Assembly: GCA_048938855.1 (NCBI GenBank)
Contig: JBHLLT010000003.1
Span: forward strand, 32,001 to 96,000
Direction: 5' to 3'
From: Promethearchaeota archaeon
GTDB taxonomy: Archaea > Asgardarchaeota > Lokiarchaeia > Sigyniarchaeales > SOKP01
DNA length: 64,000 nucleotides
Below the pieces are notes generated by a model, which made no database searches, had not been told where the DNA came from, and saw only the letters and a program-made list of their open reading frames with translations. The translations under genes and the position numbers were made by a program. Positions 50,517-61,279 of this stretch are shown in pieces; the stretch's first letter is position 1, and the number at the start of each line of letters is the position of its first letter.

Positions 50517-51638
50517 TTAGGTTTTTACTTTTATTAGAGATTTTTTTAGTTTTTCTGCTAAATTATCAAGACTATTTGCTGTCGCAGAGATTTCTTCCAT
50601 GGATGCGGTTTGTTGTTCTGCTGAGGTACTTATTCCCATCATTGAATGGGATACATCTTGGATCATATTAATTATCTCATTGATTTCTTCATAGGAACCA
50701 AAAATGGCATTTCTAGAGTTCTCAGCTAATTTCCTTACCTCATTTGCTACAACTGCGAATCCACGACCTTGTTCACCGGCTCTACCTGCTTCGATACTAG
50801 CATTTAATGCTAGAAGATTTGTTTGTTCTGAAATATCTGTAATAATTTGCATTATGTTTCTAATTTTGTTAGAGGCTTCCATAATTTTTTGAGTAACCAT
50901 AACAGTTTCTTGAGTTGAATTTGAAATTTCTTCAGAAGCAGCATTTACTTCACTTGCGCTTGCGGCTAATTCTGTTGCAACATTAGCTACATCAAGACTA
51001 ACATTAGAGCTTGCTTTTAAAATATCCTTTAGCATATTCTTTGAACTCTCAATTTGTAACTCTATTAAAGCAATAATCCCGGTGAACAATAATGTTGATG
51101 CAAAAAAGATTGTCATCCCTACACCAAATTCATTAGTTTCAAGAACATCTAAATCTCGGAGTGTTGCAGAAAGGATCGTTAGAAAACCTCCAATTAAAGT
51201 TAAGCAGATAGAAGCATATGTTGGGGATTTATTCTTAAGGAATATCTTGAGAGTAAAGAAAAGACTTATAATTATAAGTATGACAATAAAGAACTCAATT
51301 CCCAAAAATATCAATAGTATTGACGATGCTGAGTATGTTGCCTTATAACTTTGGGTAGATTTCAATCCATCTTTCATAAACATTGAATAATACTCACGCA
51401 AAGAAGATACAAAGAGCAATATAACTGCTATTGCAAAAGAAAGATTAGACATAAGACCTGCTTCTGGAATTAGCTCATTAAATGAGCTAATTAACTGTCC
51501 TATTGTTACAAAAAGATAAGAAGAAATCCATTTCTTTAATTCTCGTCGTTTAGTACATACAAATATAAAAAGAATTGTTCCTATGATTACCATTACAGTT
51601 GCGGTATTATCGATTATATCAAAAGAAACATCAACCAC
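50517..51638 (-). CDS. Methyl-accepting chemotaxis-like protein, multi-TM sensor
   Basis: About 6 TM helices, then [37 protein letters not shown]. Confidence 0.9.
   Translation of the reverse strand: MVDVSFDIIDNTATVMVIIGTILFIFVCTKRRELKKWISSYLFVTIGQLISSFNELIPEAGLMSNLSFAIAVILLFVSSLREYYSMFMKDGLKSTQSYKATYSASSILLIFLGIEFFIVILIIISLFFTLKIFLKNKSPTYASICLTLIGGFLTILSATLRDLDVLETNEFGVGMTIFFASTLLFTGIIALIELQIESSKNMLKDILKASSNVSLDVANVATELAASASEVNAASEEISNSTQETVMVTQKIMEASNKIRNIMQIITDISEQTNLLALNASIEAGRAGEQGRGFAVVANEVRKLAENSRNAIFGSYEEINEIINMIQDVSHSMMGISTSAEQQTASMEEISATANSLDNLAEKLKKSLIKVKT
50929..50991. repeat. 63-bp perfect direct repeat, copy 1 (copy 2 at 52067-52129)
   Basis: Identical string tcttcagaagcagc...cattagctaca in both MCP-like genes. 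Confidence 0.9.
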
Positions 51639-51660
51639 TTTAGTACCCTCTTATCATTTC

Positions 51661-52782
51661 TTATACTTCTACTAATGATTCTTTCAATTTGTCTGCTAGT
51701 TTATCTAATTTATTTGCTGTCGCAGAAATTTCTTCCATAGAAGCAGTCTGTTGTTCTGCAGAAGCGCTAATTCCTTCCATAGAGCTCGATACACTCTGTA
51801 TCATATTAATTATTTCATTAATTTCATAATATGAACCTGAAATTGCATTTTTTGAGTTCTCAGCCAACTTTCTGACTTCACTTGCAACTACAGCAAACCC
51901 TCGACCATGTTCACCAGCTCTTCCGGCCTCAATACTCGCGTTTAAAGCTAAAAGATTTGTCTGTTCTGAAATATTGGTAATAATTTGCATTATATTTCTA
52001 ATTTTATTAGAAGCTTCCATAATTCCCTGAGTTATTCTTACTGTATCTTGAGTAGAGCTTGAAATCTCTTCAGAAGCAGCATTTACTTCACTTGCGCTTG
52101 CGGCTAATTCTGTTGCAACATTAGCTACACTTATACTTGTATCAGAAGCAGTATTAAGTACAGTTTTTAATGTAGCATTTGCTTGATGTATTTTGAATTC
52201 AATTATAGCAACCATTCCCATTATTAAATATATTGTGTCCATATAGGTCATAGCGAAATTATTGAATTCAATGGCAGGACCAGTCCCAGAACCACTCATC
52301 ATAGCACCAATTAAACTCATTATCCCTCCTATGAAATTGAGGCAATAAAATGCATGTAATAAAGACTTTTTCTTTAAGTATAGTCGAATTACTAAGACCA
52401 AACATGTTATTAAGAGCGCTAACATCATTATATAGAATCCAAAAGTTATTGCTCCCGTAAGACCTGCTGCTTGTAAGTATTTAGCATTAATTTTTCCCAT
52501 TTTTTTTACTTTAATGAATGTTTGATAATACTCTTTGAAAACAGCATATAGTAATACAAAAGTTCCCGTTGAGAATAGGATCATAGCAACAGGATTTACT
52601 TGATCTCCTGACTCTTGTGGAAAGGCATTTATTATATACCCAATTGTAGTTATTGTACATGATAGAAACCAAAGTTTTAATTCTCTCCTTTTTCTATATG
52701 CCACAAAGAATATTACTGAAGCAACACTCATGATTATAGCGTGTAAAATGTTTATTAAACTGTTGACAGCCATATTTACCAC
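51661..52782 (-). CDS. Methyl-accepting chemotaxis-like protein, tandem paralog
   Basis: Same architecture and length (373 aa); likely start ATG at 52773. Confidence 0.9.
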   Translation of the reverse strand: MVNMAVNSLINILHAIIMSVASVIFFVAYRKRRELKLWFLSCTITTIGYIINAFPQESGDQVNPVAMILFSTGTFVLLYAVFKEYYQTFIKVKKMGKINAKYLQAAGLTGAITFGFYIMMLALLITCLVLVIRLYLKKKSLLHAFYCLNFIGGIMSLIGAMMSGSGTGPAIEFNNFAMTYMDTIYLIMGMVAIIEFKIHQANATLKTVLNTASDTSISVANVATELAASASEVNAASEEISSSTQDTVRITQGIMEASNKIRNIMQIITNISEQTNLLALNASIEAGRAGEHGRGFAVVASEVRKLAENSKNAISGSYYEINEIINMIQSVSSSMEGISASAEQQTASMEEISATANKLDKLADKLKESLVEV

Positions 52783-52996
52783 ATATTTGAATTTTAAAAG
52801 TTATATGTAAAAAGAAATTTTTTACATAAAAGATGCATAAAATTGTATTTAAATTTATTTTTTTACATATTTTTAAATACTATAATTTAAACAAAAGTTA
52901 TAATAAACATAAACCCATTAGTTATTCTGTTTAGATCATCTTATTTTCATTTTATAATGCAAATTTGTTAAAAAAATCTTTAAGAAGAGATGTAAA

Positions 52997-55249
52997 ATGA
53001 TAGATACAATATCGGATATAAAAGAAATTTATCCTATTTTATTCAATAACTCTCCATTTCATATATCTTTATTTGATCTTGATGGAAATCTGATTGAAAG
53101 TAATAGCAATATCATTACAAAATTAACAGAATATACTAACATAGATTTTAAAGGAAAGCATTTTATCGAAATAGCTAATCATTTTGAGAATGCTAAACAA
53201 ATTAAAAAGTTATTATTAAATAGATTTCGAGACATAAGGGAAGGAAAAATCCTAAATCCTATAGATTTCTTTTTACTAACTAAAGAAGGGAATAGGATTT
53301 GGTTGCGTTGGAATAGTACCGTAATAGATTTAAGAAACCAAAAGCTTGTCCAAGTAATAATTCAAGACATTACCGAACAGAAGTATGCAGAAGAAAAATT
53401 AAAAGAATCTGAAGGCAATTATAGACTAATAACTGAGAATGCAAATGATTTAATAAGAGTGTTGAATGATAAGTTTGAAATTGAATTTGCAAATGAAAAG
53501 GCTCATTATAGAGTATTAGGATATTCAAAAGAAGATTTGCTTGGAAAGAGCGCTATAGTACTTAACCACCCCGAAGACTATACTTCTATTCGACGATATA
53601 TGAGGGAAGTTTTCAAACATGGAGAAGGAACTCATGAATCAAGATTAAGGCATAAAGATGGGAGTTGGATATGGTTTGAAATAAAGTTTAAAATGTTTAC
53701 AGATGAGAAAGGAAATACTAAATATCTAAATTTATCAAGAAATATAACTGAGCGGAAAAAAACAGAACAAAAATTAAAGGAATCAGAAGATAAATTCCGA
53801 AGAATCTTTGAAAGTATTCCAGATTTGTTTTTTCTGGTTTCTGGTGATGGTATCATTTTGGACTATAAAGGTAATGTAGAAGAATTAGATTTTCCTCCAG
53901 AAAATTTTCTTGGAAAGAAGATTATCGAGAGTTTTCCTAAACACATTATTGATCTTAGTTTAACCAGTATTAGGAAAACTTTAGAGACTCATGAACCGCA
54001 AGTTGTCGAATTTGACCTAAAATTAAGCGGAAAAATTCAATACTTTGAAGCCCGTCATCTATATTTTTCTGAAGATGAAGTTTTAGTATTTATTCGAGAT
54101 ATTACTACGCGTAAACAAGCAATACAGGATATTAAAGAATCAGAGGAAAAGTTCAGAAATATTGCTGAACAATCATTTATGGGGATATTAATAGTTCAAG
54201 ATGGAAAAATCAAATATGCTAATAAAACTATATTTCAGATCTCTGGTTATGCTTCTGAAGAAATTTTAAATTGGAATCAAGAAGACCTTCTAAAGAAGAT
54301 ACATTCTGAGGATTCAAAAGCACTCTTTGGGCGCTTACAAAGAAATATTGAAGGTACTATGGGTCCTTTTTCACGTAATACATTTCGAATAATAAATAAA
54401 GATGGGAAAGTAAAATGGCTTGAGGATTACACAAGCAAAATAGAGTATCAGGGAAAACCAGCTAACTTGATTTCTCTTGTCGATATCACAGATAAAATAG
54501 AAGCAGAACAACTTATAATTGAAGAAAATATGAGATTATTAGAACTTCAAGATTTGAGAAAAGATTTAATTACTAGAGTTTCCCACGAGTTGAAAACACC
54601 TATGACTTCTATTAATGGGGCAATTCAGATACTCACTCAACTTTATATGGATGAAATTGGAGAAGAAGCCAGAAAATACGTAGAGATTGGACATAGAGGA
54701 TGTATTAGATTGAAACAGTTAATTGACAACCTATTAGATGTCTCAAGATTAGATGCTAAGAAACTTTCATTAAATCTTCAAAAAGATAACCTCATTGAAC
54801 TAATAATTGACTGTGTGAAAGATATGAATTATTTAGCAACAAATCGTCAGCTTAAAATAAAATTAGATTTACCAAATGAGGCATTTTTAAATATTGACCG
54901 GCTTAGATTCCGACAAGTTCTAACAAATATGATTTCGAATGCCATTAAGAATACACAAAAAAATGGTAAAATCTACATTAGTCTTCTGGATAGTAATGAA
55001 TATATAGAGATTCTAATAAGAGATACTGGAGTTGGATTGACTGAAAAAGAGAAACAGAAGTTATTTGAGAAGTTTGGAAAAATTGAACGATACGGTATGG
55101 ATTTAGGTGTAGACATTGAAGGATCCGGACTTGGATTATTTATTTCAAAAGAAATTGTAGAATTGCATGGGGGACAAATTTTTGTTGAATCCGAAGGAAG
55201 AAACAAAGGTGCTACTTTTACAATTAGACTATTTAAACAGAATAAGTAA
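52997..55249 (+). CDS. Cytoplasmic multi-PAS sensor histidine kinase
   Basis: Four PAS/PAC repeats ending D/NIT.RK; SHELKTP H-box, NAIK, DTGVG and GSGLGL. Confidence 0.93.
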   Translation: MIDTISDIKEIYPILFNNSPFHISLFDLDGNLIESNSNIITKLTEYTNIDFKGKHFIEIANHFENAKQIKKLLLNRFRDIREGKILNPIDFFLLTKEGNRIWLRWNSTVIDLRNQKLVQVIIQDITEQKYAEEKLKESEGNYRLITENANDLIRVLNDKFEIEFANEKAHYRVLGYSKEDLLGKSAIVLNHPEDYTSIRRYMREVFKHGEGTHESRLRHKDGSWIWFEIKFKMFTDEKGNTKYLNLSRNITERKKTEQKLKESEDKFRRIFESIPDLFFLVSGDGIILDYKGNVEELDFPPENFLGKKIIESFPKHIIDLSLTSIRKTLETHEPQVVEFDLKLSGKIQYFEARHLYFSEDEVLVFIRDITTRKQAIQDIKESEEKFRNIAEQSFMGILIVQDGKIKYANKTIFQISGYASEEILNWNQEDLLKKIHSEDSKALFGRLQRNIEGTMGPFSRNTFRIINKDGKVKWLEDYTSKIEYQGKPANLISLVDITDKIEAEQLIIEENMRLLELQDLRKDLITRVSHELKTPMTSINGAIQILTQLYMDEIGEEARKYVEIGHRGCIRLKQLIDNLLDVSRLDAKKLSLNLQKDNLIELIIDCVKDMNYLATNRQLKIKLDLPNEAFLNIDRLRFRQVLTNMISNAIKNTQKNGKIYISLLDSNEYIEILIRDTGVGLTEKEKQKLFEKFGKIERYGMDLGVDIEGSGLGLFISKEIVELHGGQIFVESEGRNKGATFTIRLFKQNK

Positions 55250-55269
55250 CATATCAATTTTATAATGAA

Positions 55270-55680
55270 TTATAAATTACTCATTTTTGAAAAAAGGTTC
55301 AACTTTTTTTTTAAAATCTCAAAAAGAGAGATATCTTTATTCCAATTTATAAAATCTACTATTTTATATAAATTTTCAACCATATCGCATAAAATTTTAG
55401 AAATCTTTATTATAGCTTTGTTTTTAATAAATTCATCAGTTTTCAAAATAATGTTAATTTTTTTTCGGAAACAAGAGGTTACCAAATATTTATAATTCTG
55501 TAGTTTAATTGGATTTAAATTTTTTGAAGGAGAACTTCCAGAAATTAATTTTAGTAGCCCAGCTAATTTATTTATATCAACCCGTTGGTAAATAAAAGAA
55601 TTAGGATTGGAAGGATCTTTTAAAAAATGCACAATTGGCTCCCCATTATCATAAAAAATCCAAAATTCTTCAACAATCAT
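55270..55680 (-). CDS. Small longin/sigma-adaptin-like protein
   Basis: N-terminal 'I.EFWIF..NGEPI' beta-hairpin, 136 aa, C-terminal helices ('D...FE...KK'). Confidence 0.45.
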   Translation of the reverse strand: MIVEEFWIFYDNGEPIVHFLKDPSNPNSFIYQRVDINKLAGLLKLISGSSPSKNLNPIKLQNYKYLVTSCFRKKINIILKTDEFIKNKAIIKISKILCDMVENLYKIVDFINWNKDISLFEILKKKLNLFSKMSNL

Positions 55681-55715
55681 ATAAAAAATTTTAATTCTTA
55701 ATTTTGTAAAATAAA

Positions 55716-56048
55716 CTACTCTTTTGATGAATATTCCATAAGAATAGTCTTATATGTATTATAAACTAATTTAATTATTATCAAAACGAATATGCCACCA
55801 AAAAAATAAACAAACGCAGTCATAAACGATATAACTTCAGTCCACTCTAAAATCAAAAACATTATATTTAAAAGATAACCCACTAAGAAAATGATTATTA
55901 GTAATTCTCTTAACATCCATTTCTTTGTGACTTTACTCCCTGGAAATAATTTTTTTATTTTCCTAATAATAATCAGACTATAGATAAAAAATATTATTCC
56001 CCCAATAGAACATGTAATATTTATAAAAAAATTCAAACCATATGCCAT
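55716..56048 (-). CDS. Small 3-TM membrane protein
   Basis: Three hydrophobic segments; GTGA upstream. Confidence 0.7.
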   Translation of the reverse strand: MAYGLNFFINITCSIGGIIFFIYSLIIIRKIKKLFPGSKVTKKWMLRELLIIIFLVGYLLNIMFLILEWTEVISFMTAFVYFFGGIFVLIIIKLVYNTYKTILMEYSSKE

Positions 56049-56135
56049 ATATTCTCACTTATCCTTCATTTAATACATTTATGTAAATTTATAAATGTTA
56101 AATTAGAGGACTCTTTTAAAGGTTTGTTTAATATT

Positions 56136-56360
56136 CTAAAAATCATTTTTATGTTGAATATGTTCACGTGGTATCCATAAGCGCATTTGACTTTTTCCGC
56201 GATTTGCCCAACTATAATATGGAATAAAATGGATATTTCCAGAAATGAGATTTATTCCACTTAAAATATCTTTACAATATTCTGAAGTTAGAGTATCATC
56301 ATCATTTAATGTTAATTTAAATATTGACTCAAAATCATCTGTTAATTCAAAATATTTTGA
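56136..56360 (-). pseudogene. 3' remnant of a GH127 (beta-L-arabinofuranosidase-like) gene
   Basis: Stop-to-stop frame with no start codon upstream of the conserved motifs; encodes ...SEYCKDILSGINLISG...FIPYYSWANRGKSQMRLWIP... Confidence 0.7.
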
Positions 56361-56475
56361 TTATTCTAATTAATAAAGCTATATAGATATTTAACTATGA
56401 TAGCTTAAAAGATATATAATTTGTATCTATATGTATGATTTTATAGTTTGTATACAGAAAAAAAGGTAAATCAGT

Positions 56476-57462
56476 ATGATAGAAAAGAATTTCTTACAGT
56501 TTCTCTTTGAAAAAAAAATTGATAAAGACCAAGCAACTGTCTTTATCTCAAGATTGAATGAATTCGATAAATACCTAAAAAAAAATAAGCATGATATAGA
56601 TTCAATCCCTACCGGAGAAATTGGTAAATATTCAAGTAATCTAGTAGAAAAAAATAGCGACCATGTATTGGATTTCCTAAGGGCTTTAATCAATTATGCT
56701 AACTTCGTAAAAAAATATGATTACATAATAGAAATCATCGATATCTCAGAATCTTACAATGCAATGGATAATTTATATGAAAGAATCGCTGAAAAGCATG
56801 GGAAAAGACTAAGGGATGAAATTTTTGAAAATGTCAAAATTCCCCCATTAGGCGTTAATCCCGAGATAAAACCTGAATTCACTAAAGTAATTTTGAAAAG
56901 GTTAGAAGAAAAGATTGGAGAAGACGAAACAATAAACTTATTAAAACCATGTTTGCATGGTCGCCCAGGTTCACTTGAAAAAGATAGGGAGGATTTCTTA
57001 AGATTAAATGATATTGATGAATTTTTGAAACTTAAAAAGCAAGAATTGATTGATAGGCTTCAAGAACACCAAAGAGAGGGTACACTTGAATTTGCGCAAT
57101 ACATTGATACTGATGTAATCGATTTTATAAAAAATACTCCTTCAATTTCTCCTGGCATTAGAGATGGGAAAATAATCATAAGTGCTAAGATGCCTTATCA
57201 AACGAAGAAATATATTGAAGCAAAAGATAATAGAATGAAAGGATTTTATAGTTGCTATTGTCCTTGGGTAAGAGGGGCAATCAAAAATGGTACTGAAAAG
57301 GAAATTTTTCCTCAATTTTGCTATTGTAGTGCTGGATACACTAAAAAATATTGGGATGTTATATTTGATCAACCAACTAACGTAGAACCTATTGAAACAC
57401 CTCTTACGGGTGGTATGTTATGCAAATTTGCTGTGTATATACCAGAAGAATTTCAAAAATAA
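56476..57462 (+). CDS. DUF6144-like Cys-containing protein
   Basis: C-terminal 'CYCP...FCYCSAG..K..W...F......L.G...CKF'. Confidence 0.6.
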   Translation: MIEKNFLQFLFEKKIDKDQATVFISRLNEFDKYLKKNKHDIDSIPTGEIGKYSSNLVEKNSDHVLDFLRALINYANFVKKYDYIIEIIDISESYNAMDNLYERIAEKHGKRLRDEIFENVKIPPLGVNPEIKPEFTKVILKRLEEKIGEDETINLLKPCLHGRPGSLEKDREDFLRLNDIDEFLKLKKQELIDRLQEHQREGTLEFAQYIDTDVIDFIKNTPSISPGIRDGKIIISAKMPYQTKKYIEAKDNRMKGFYSCYCPWVRGAIKNGTEKEIFPQFCYCSAGYTKKYWDVIFDQPTNVEPIETPLTGGMLCKFAVYIPEEFQK

Positions 57463-57494
57463 GTTAAATTTAAAATGATATGGTGTGACCAAAA

Positions 57495-58424
57495 TTGGAA
57501 TTAACATTAGATCAAATTACCTCTATTATGGAAAAAAATTTTCAAGTCCCTTCAGAATTTTCTCTGATGGAGTTAACACCTTTATTGATTGAAAAATTAG
57601 GTAGTATCGAATCTGATATACGCGAAGGATGCTTAGATATTTTATATATGTGGATAATGAATGGAGAATATGATAATTCCACTCTTATTTCACTTGGAGA
57701 TCAACTTATATCACTGATACAGACTGGATTAGCAAAAGAAATATCCGATTCCGTGTTCTTAAGAGCATTTGTGGCATTAGAAGTTGCAAGTATCATATTT
57801 TTTGATGAAAGATGCGAAAATGGAGAAGTTGAAGGAAGAAATGCATTTTTAACATCAGAAATTGTAAAGAGATGGTTCAACACAGCATTAGAATATTATC
57901 AGCAGGAAAAAGATTATAGATCTTATGTAAATGGGAAAGGTTGGGCTCATTCAATTGCTCATGGTGCCGATTTATTCCGGAATTTTGCGAGGCATCGCTT
58001 TATTCAAAAGGAGGAAATTCTCCAAATACTCAAAACTTTTAAACAGAAATTAATTTCACCATCCCCAATAATTTTCAACGGAAAGGAGGAATTAAGAATA
58101 GCATCAGCAGTTTATACGACCCTCCTACGAAATAAACTTGATATTGATGAAATTAATCAATGGCTATCCTCCATAATTAAGCCCTTTAAAGGAAAAAAAT
58201 TCTGGGATTTTGTTAAGGAACCTGAGAAATTGAATGGTTTTTTTCATGCAGAACGTTTCTTAAAAGACTTTTATTTGATGATAAAATTGGGAATCTCACG
58301 AAAAGGCTCACATGCGCACCCTTACTATAATAACCCTCTCCAAAATCGAAATCAATTACTTCAATCACTAGAACAATGCATATTAGAATTAGATAATAAT
58401 TCCTTTTATTATAAACCAGATTAG
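57495..58424 (+). CDS. DUF2785 family protein
   Basis: 'DSVF.R.F.AL', 'E.D.R.YV..KGWAH..AH.AD', 'E..R'. Confidence 0.8.
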   Translation: MELTLDQITSIMEKNFQVPSEFSLMELTPLLIEKLGSIESDIREGCLDILYMWIMNGEYDNSTLISLGDQLISLIQTGLAKEISDSVFLRAFVALEVASIIFFDERCENGEVEGRNAFLTSEIVKRWFNTALEYYQQEKDYRSYVNGKGWAHSIAHGADLFRNFARHRFIQKEEILQILKTFKQKLISPSPIIFNGKEELRIASAVYTTLLRNKLDIDEINQWLSSIIKPFKGKKFWDFVKEPEKLNGFFHAERFLKDFYLMIKLGISRKGSHAHPYYNNPLQNRNQLLQSLEQCILELDNNSFYYKPD

Positions 58425-58566
58425 TGAAAAATGCAATACATACTCAAAAATCAATTTGTTTAAAAAGTGATTAAGTAATCTAACTTAGCAGATTATTTTC
58501 CTATTTCAACATAAATCATCCTTATATTTTCAAAAAATTGAAATTGAGCTATATATTTTTAAAGGT

Positions 58567-59841
58567 ATGGAATTTCGAAAAGGCTATAGCGCAAAAGTTG
58601 ATGATCGTTTCAGCATTCACATTGCTAATGATAGTGAAGAAGAATTAAAAGCTATAGTTAATTTAAGTATGAAGGTTCATCAAGAGGAATTATTAATAAC
58701 ATACATTCCACGCATATTTTTAGAACATCCGAGAAAAAGTGAGACTTTTTGGTTGTATATTAAGGATGATAAAGAAAACAAAATAATTTCTTTAATATGT
58801 CTATCTCCTTTAGAATGGCAAATTGAAGACAATTCATTACCAGTATGTGAAATGGAGTTTGTTGGAACTCTTCAAGAATATAGGGAAAAAGGCTTTATTA
58901 AAATTTTAAACGATCTTTATGAAAAATTAATGAACCAAAATGGCTATATTCTTTCAGTTATTAGAGGGATTCCATATTTTTATCGTAATTTAGGATATGA
59001 ATATGTTTCTTCTCTCGATGAGAGAATAAAAATTCCAGCATCTAAAATCCCTAATAAAAAATATGAAAATTTAGTTATAAGACTAGCCAATTCTAATGAT
59101 GTCCTTTCTTTTATTAAATCTAAATATGATCAATTCCAGGAAAACTTTTATATCTTTAATAGATTTGATCCAGAATGTTTTAAATTTAAATATATAAATG
59201 AAAAATTTGACTCAGAAGTTCGTTCCACATATATTTTTGATGAAGCTGGTGTCGCTAAGAATTACTTTTCTGTTGGAATGAGCTATGATAATCAAAATTA
59301 TGAGATAATTTGTTCTTTCTTAACAGAAAAAGAAATGACAAGCTTGCTTCAATTCATTAAATCTATAGGAAATTATAACGGAAATGATATCATTACTCTT
59401 AGTATTAGCGAACATTCACCACTTTTTAAATATCTCAAATCTTTAGGAGGAGAGATGGTTTCAAGTTATGGATGGCAAGTAAAAATTCCAAATTTAATAA
59501 ATTTTTTTACTCTAATAAGAAACATACTTGAAAAGAGAATAAAAGATTCTGAATTTAAGGGATTAACTAAAACTATTAGGATTAGTAATTATAATGACAC
59601 TATAGTATTGGAATTTATTAAAGGAAAAATCGAGAATATTGAGATTGAAAAAGAGTATCCAGACCCTAAAATTACTGATCTTATGATTCCAGGAACTCTT
59701 TTATTTAAACTAATATTGGGAGATAGAGCCATTGATGAAATAAATTATATCTTTAAAGATACAATAGTAAATACTTCATCAAAATTAATCATTGAAACGA
59801 TGTTTCCAAAAAAAATAAGTCTTTTCAGTTCATATATCTAA
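58567..59841 (+). CDS. Eis-like tandem GNAT acetyltransferase with SCP2-like C-terminus
   Basis: 'VGT..EYR.KG', 'GIP.FYR.LGYE'. Confidence 0.75.
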   Translation: MEFRKGYSAKVDDRFSIHIANDSEEELKAIVNLSMKVHQEELLITYIPRIFLEHPRKSETFWLYIKDDKENKIISLICLSPLEWQIEDNSLPVCEMEFVGTLQEYREKGFIKILNDLYEKLMNQNGYILSVIRGIPYFYRNLGYEYVSSLDERIKIPASKIPNKKYENLVIRLANSNDVLSFIKSKYDQFQENFYIFNRFDPECFKFKYINEKFDSEVRSTYIFDEAGVAKNYFSVGMSYDNQNYEIICSFLTEKEMTSLLQFIKSIGNYNGNDIITLSISEHSPLFKYLKSLGGEMVSSYGWQVKIPNLINFFTLIRNILEKRIKDSEFKGLTKTIRISNYNDTIVLEFIKGKIENIEIEKEYPDPKITDLMIPGTLLFKLILGDRAIDEINYIFKDTIVNTSSKLIIETMFPKKISLFSSYI

Positions 59842-59950
59842 AAACTGTATAGTTTAATTTTTTACAAAAGAAAAATAATTGATTATTTTGAAATTATTTA
59901 TTAATTGTTTTATATAAATAAAAAAATTAGATTAAAAAAAATACAAATAT

Positions 59951-61090
59951 CTAGGTTTTTTCTAATTCCATTTTCGCTATCGCTTTCCCAGATCGGAATG
60001 GTATATCTTCTACTGACATTCCTGCCTCATAATTAAACTTCTTTTTGAATGCTTCGTTTAATGATTGAAAATATAACGAAAGTGGTAAATTCTGAGGACA
60101 ATTATTATCACAGTTTCCACATTCTACACATCTATCAGCATCGTGAGCTACTCTTGTTAATTGATATGTAGCTGTATCAATAGTTTTATCTTTTCTCTTT
60201 TTCATAAGAATACAATCTACACAATAGCAGACTGGGCAACCTCTTATACAGGTATTACACATAGTACATTTAAGAAGCTCTGCCATTTTTTCTTCTTGTG
60301 AGAGTTTATCCCATTCTTCCAGATCTTTTGCTCGTTTTTCTTTTGCTTTCTCAATGATTTCGTTATACTTATCTAAATGAGCTTTTTTCTCCTTATCTGG
60401 AAGTGCTTTTGTTTTAATTCCTGATTTTTTTAGAATTTCACTTCCTTTATCAGAATACACCTTTAAAATGATCTCATCTGAATCAATTGGAATAGCTAAG
60501 TCGCTTACAGTTAAATCAGCGACAACCGGAATTTTTCGATAGCATCTTAAACAATTCTCAGCAACACTAAAATTAAGTTCTTTTGTTTTTCCATCTTCCA
60601 TCTTCACAATTAGACCGTTATCCCCCACTTTTTCTTTGACAATCTTTGTAGCGTCAATATCCTTGATGGATCTCATTTCTCTTGCAGCTTTAGGAAGCAT
60701 ACCTCTATCCTCAATACCAATTACAAAAAGATTATCGAGATTTACTTGTTTTATTTTAGCAAGTTCAATTAATGCTCTTGTATCACACGGTCGTGCAATA
60801 AGACCTACTTTCTCGTGCATTGCTCCTGCTACAGATTTATGTAAATATTTTGAAGCAGAATCTGTTCTTGCATACCCAAATGCAATTAATGGGGTTAATG
60901 GAAAATCCTTTAGATCTTCCTCTTTTTCCACTAGTTGGGGTTGAACAGTAAATCTGTCTATACTTCCTGATTTCTTATCAACCCTTAATTGAGCACCTAT
61001 TATTTTATCCACTGCTTTTTCTTTTAATAAAGTCGCTAAGATTTTAGTAAAATCTTCAATCTTTATTAAATATTCTGCCATTGCTTCCAT
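59951..61090 (-). CDS. FdhB/FrhB-like subunit with 2x[4Fe-4S] ferredoxin domain
   Basis: 'RPCD.RA..EL.K..Q', 'C..C', KCTMCNTCIRGCPVCYC..C and RCVECGNCDNNCP. Confidence 0.85.
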   Translation of the reverse strand: MEAMAEYLIKIEDFTKILATLLKEKAVDKIIGAQLRVDKKSGSIDRFTVQPQLVEKEEDLKDFPLTPLIAFGYARTDSASKYLHKSVAGAMHEKVGLIARPCDTRALIELAKIKQVNLDNLFVIGIEDRGMLPKAAREMRSIKDIDATKIVKEKVGDNGLIVKMEDGKTKELNFSVAENCLRCYRKIPVVADLTVSDLAIPIDSDEIILKVYSDKGSEILKKSGIKTKALPDKEKKAHLDKYNEIIEKAKEKRAKDLEEWDKLSQEEKMAELLKCTMCNTCIRGCPVCYCVDCILMKKRKDKTIDTATYQLTRVAHDADRCVECGNCDNNCPQNLPLSLYFQSLNEAFKKKFNYEAGMSVEDIPFRSGKAIAKMELEKT

Positions 61091-61216
61091 GTAATCCCAA
61101 CTCTAACTTTAGATTAACCAAATAATTTTTTTTTTATTTTTACAAATTTTATGAAAAAAATTTTCAAATTTTTATTATATTCTAACAAACTTTTTTAATG
61201 TGTTATATGGTGCACC

Positions 61217-61268
61217 CATTTCTTCAACTGAGTTCTCATTTTTTTTAACTCAGTCTCATTAGGAAACA
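61217..61268 (-). promoter_or_regulatory. Eukaryote-like SECIS element (3' UTR of mvhD)
   Basis: mRNA sense: UGUUUC-CUA-AUGA-GACUGAGUU-AAAAAAAAUGAG-AACUCAGUU-GA-A-GAAAUG, i.e. AUGA/GA core, 9-bp upper helix and A-rich apical loop, 11 nt after the stop codon of a gene with two in-frame UGA. Confidence 0.88.
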
Positions 61269-61279
61269 CATTGATTTAT

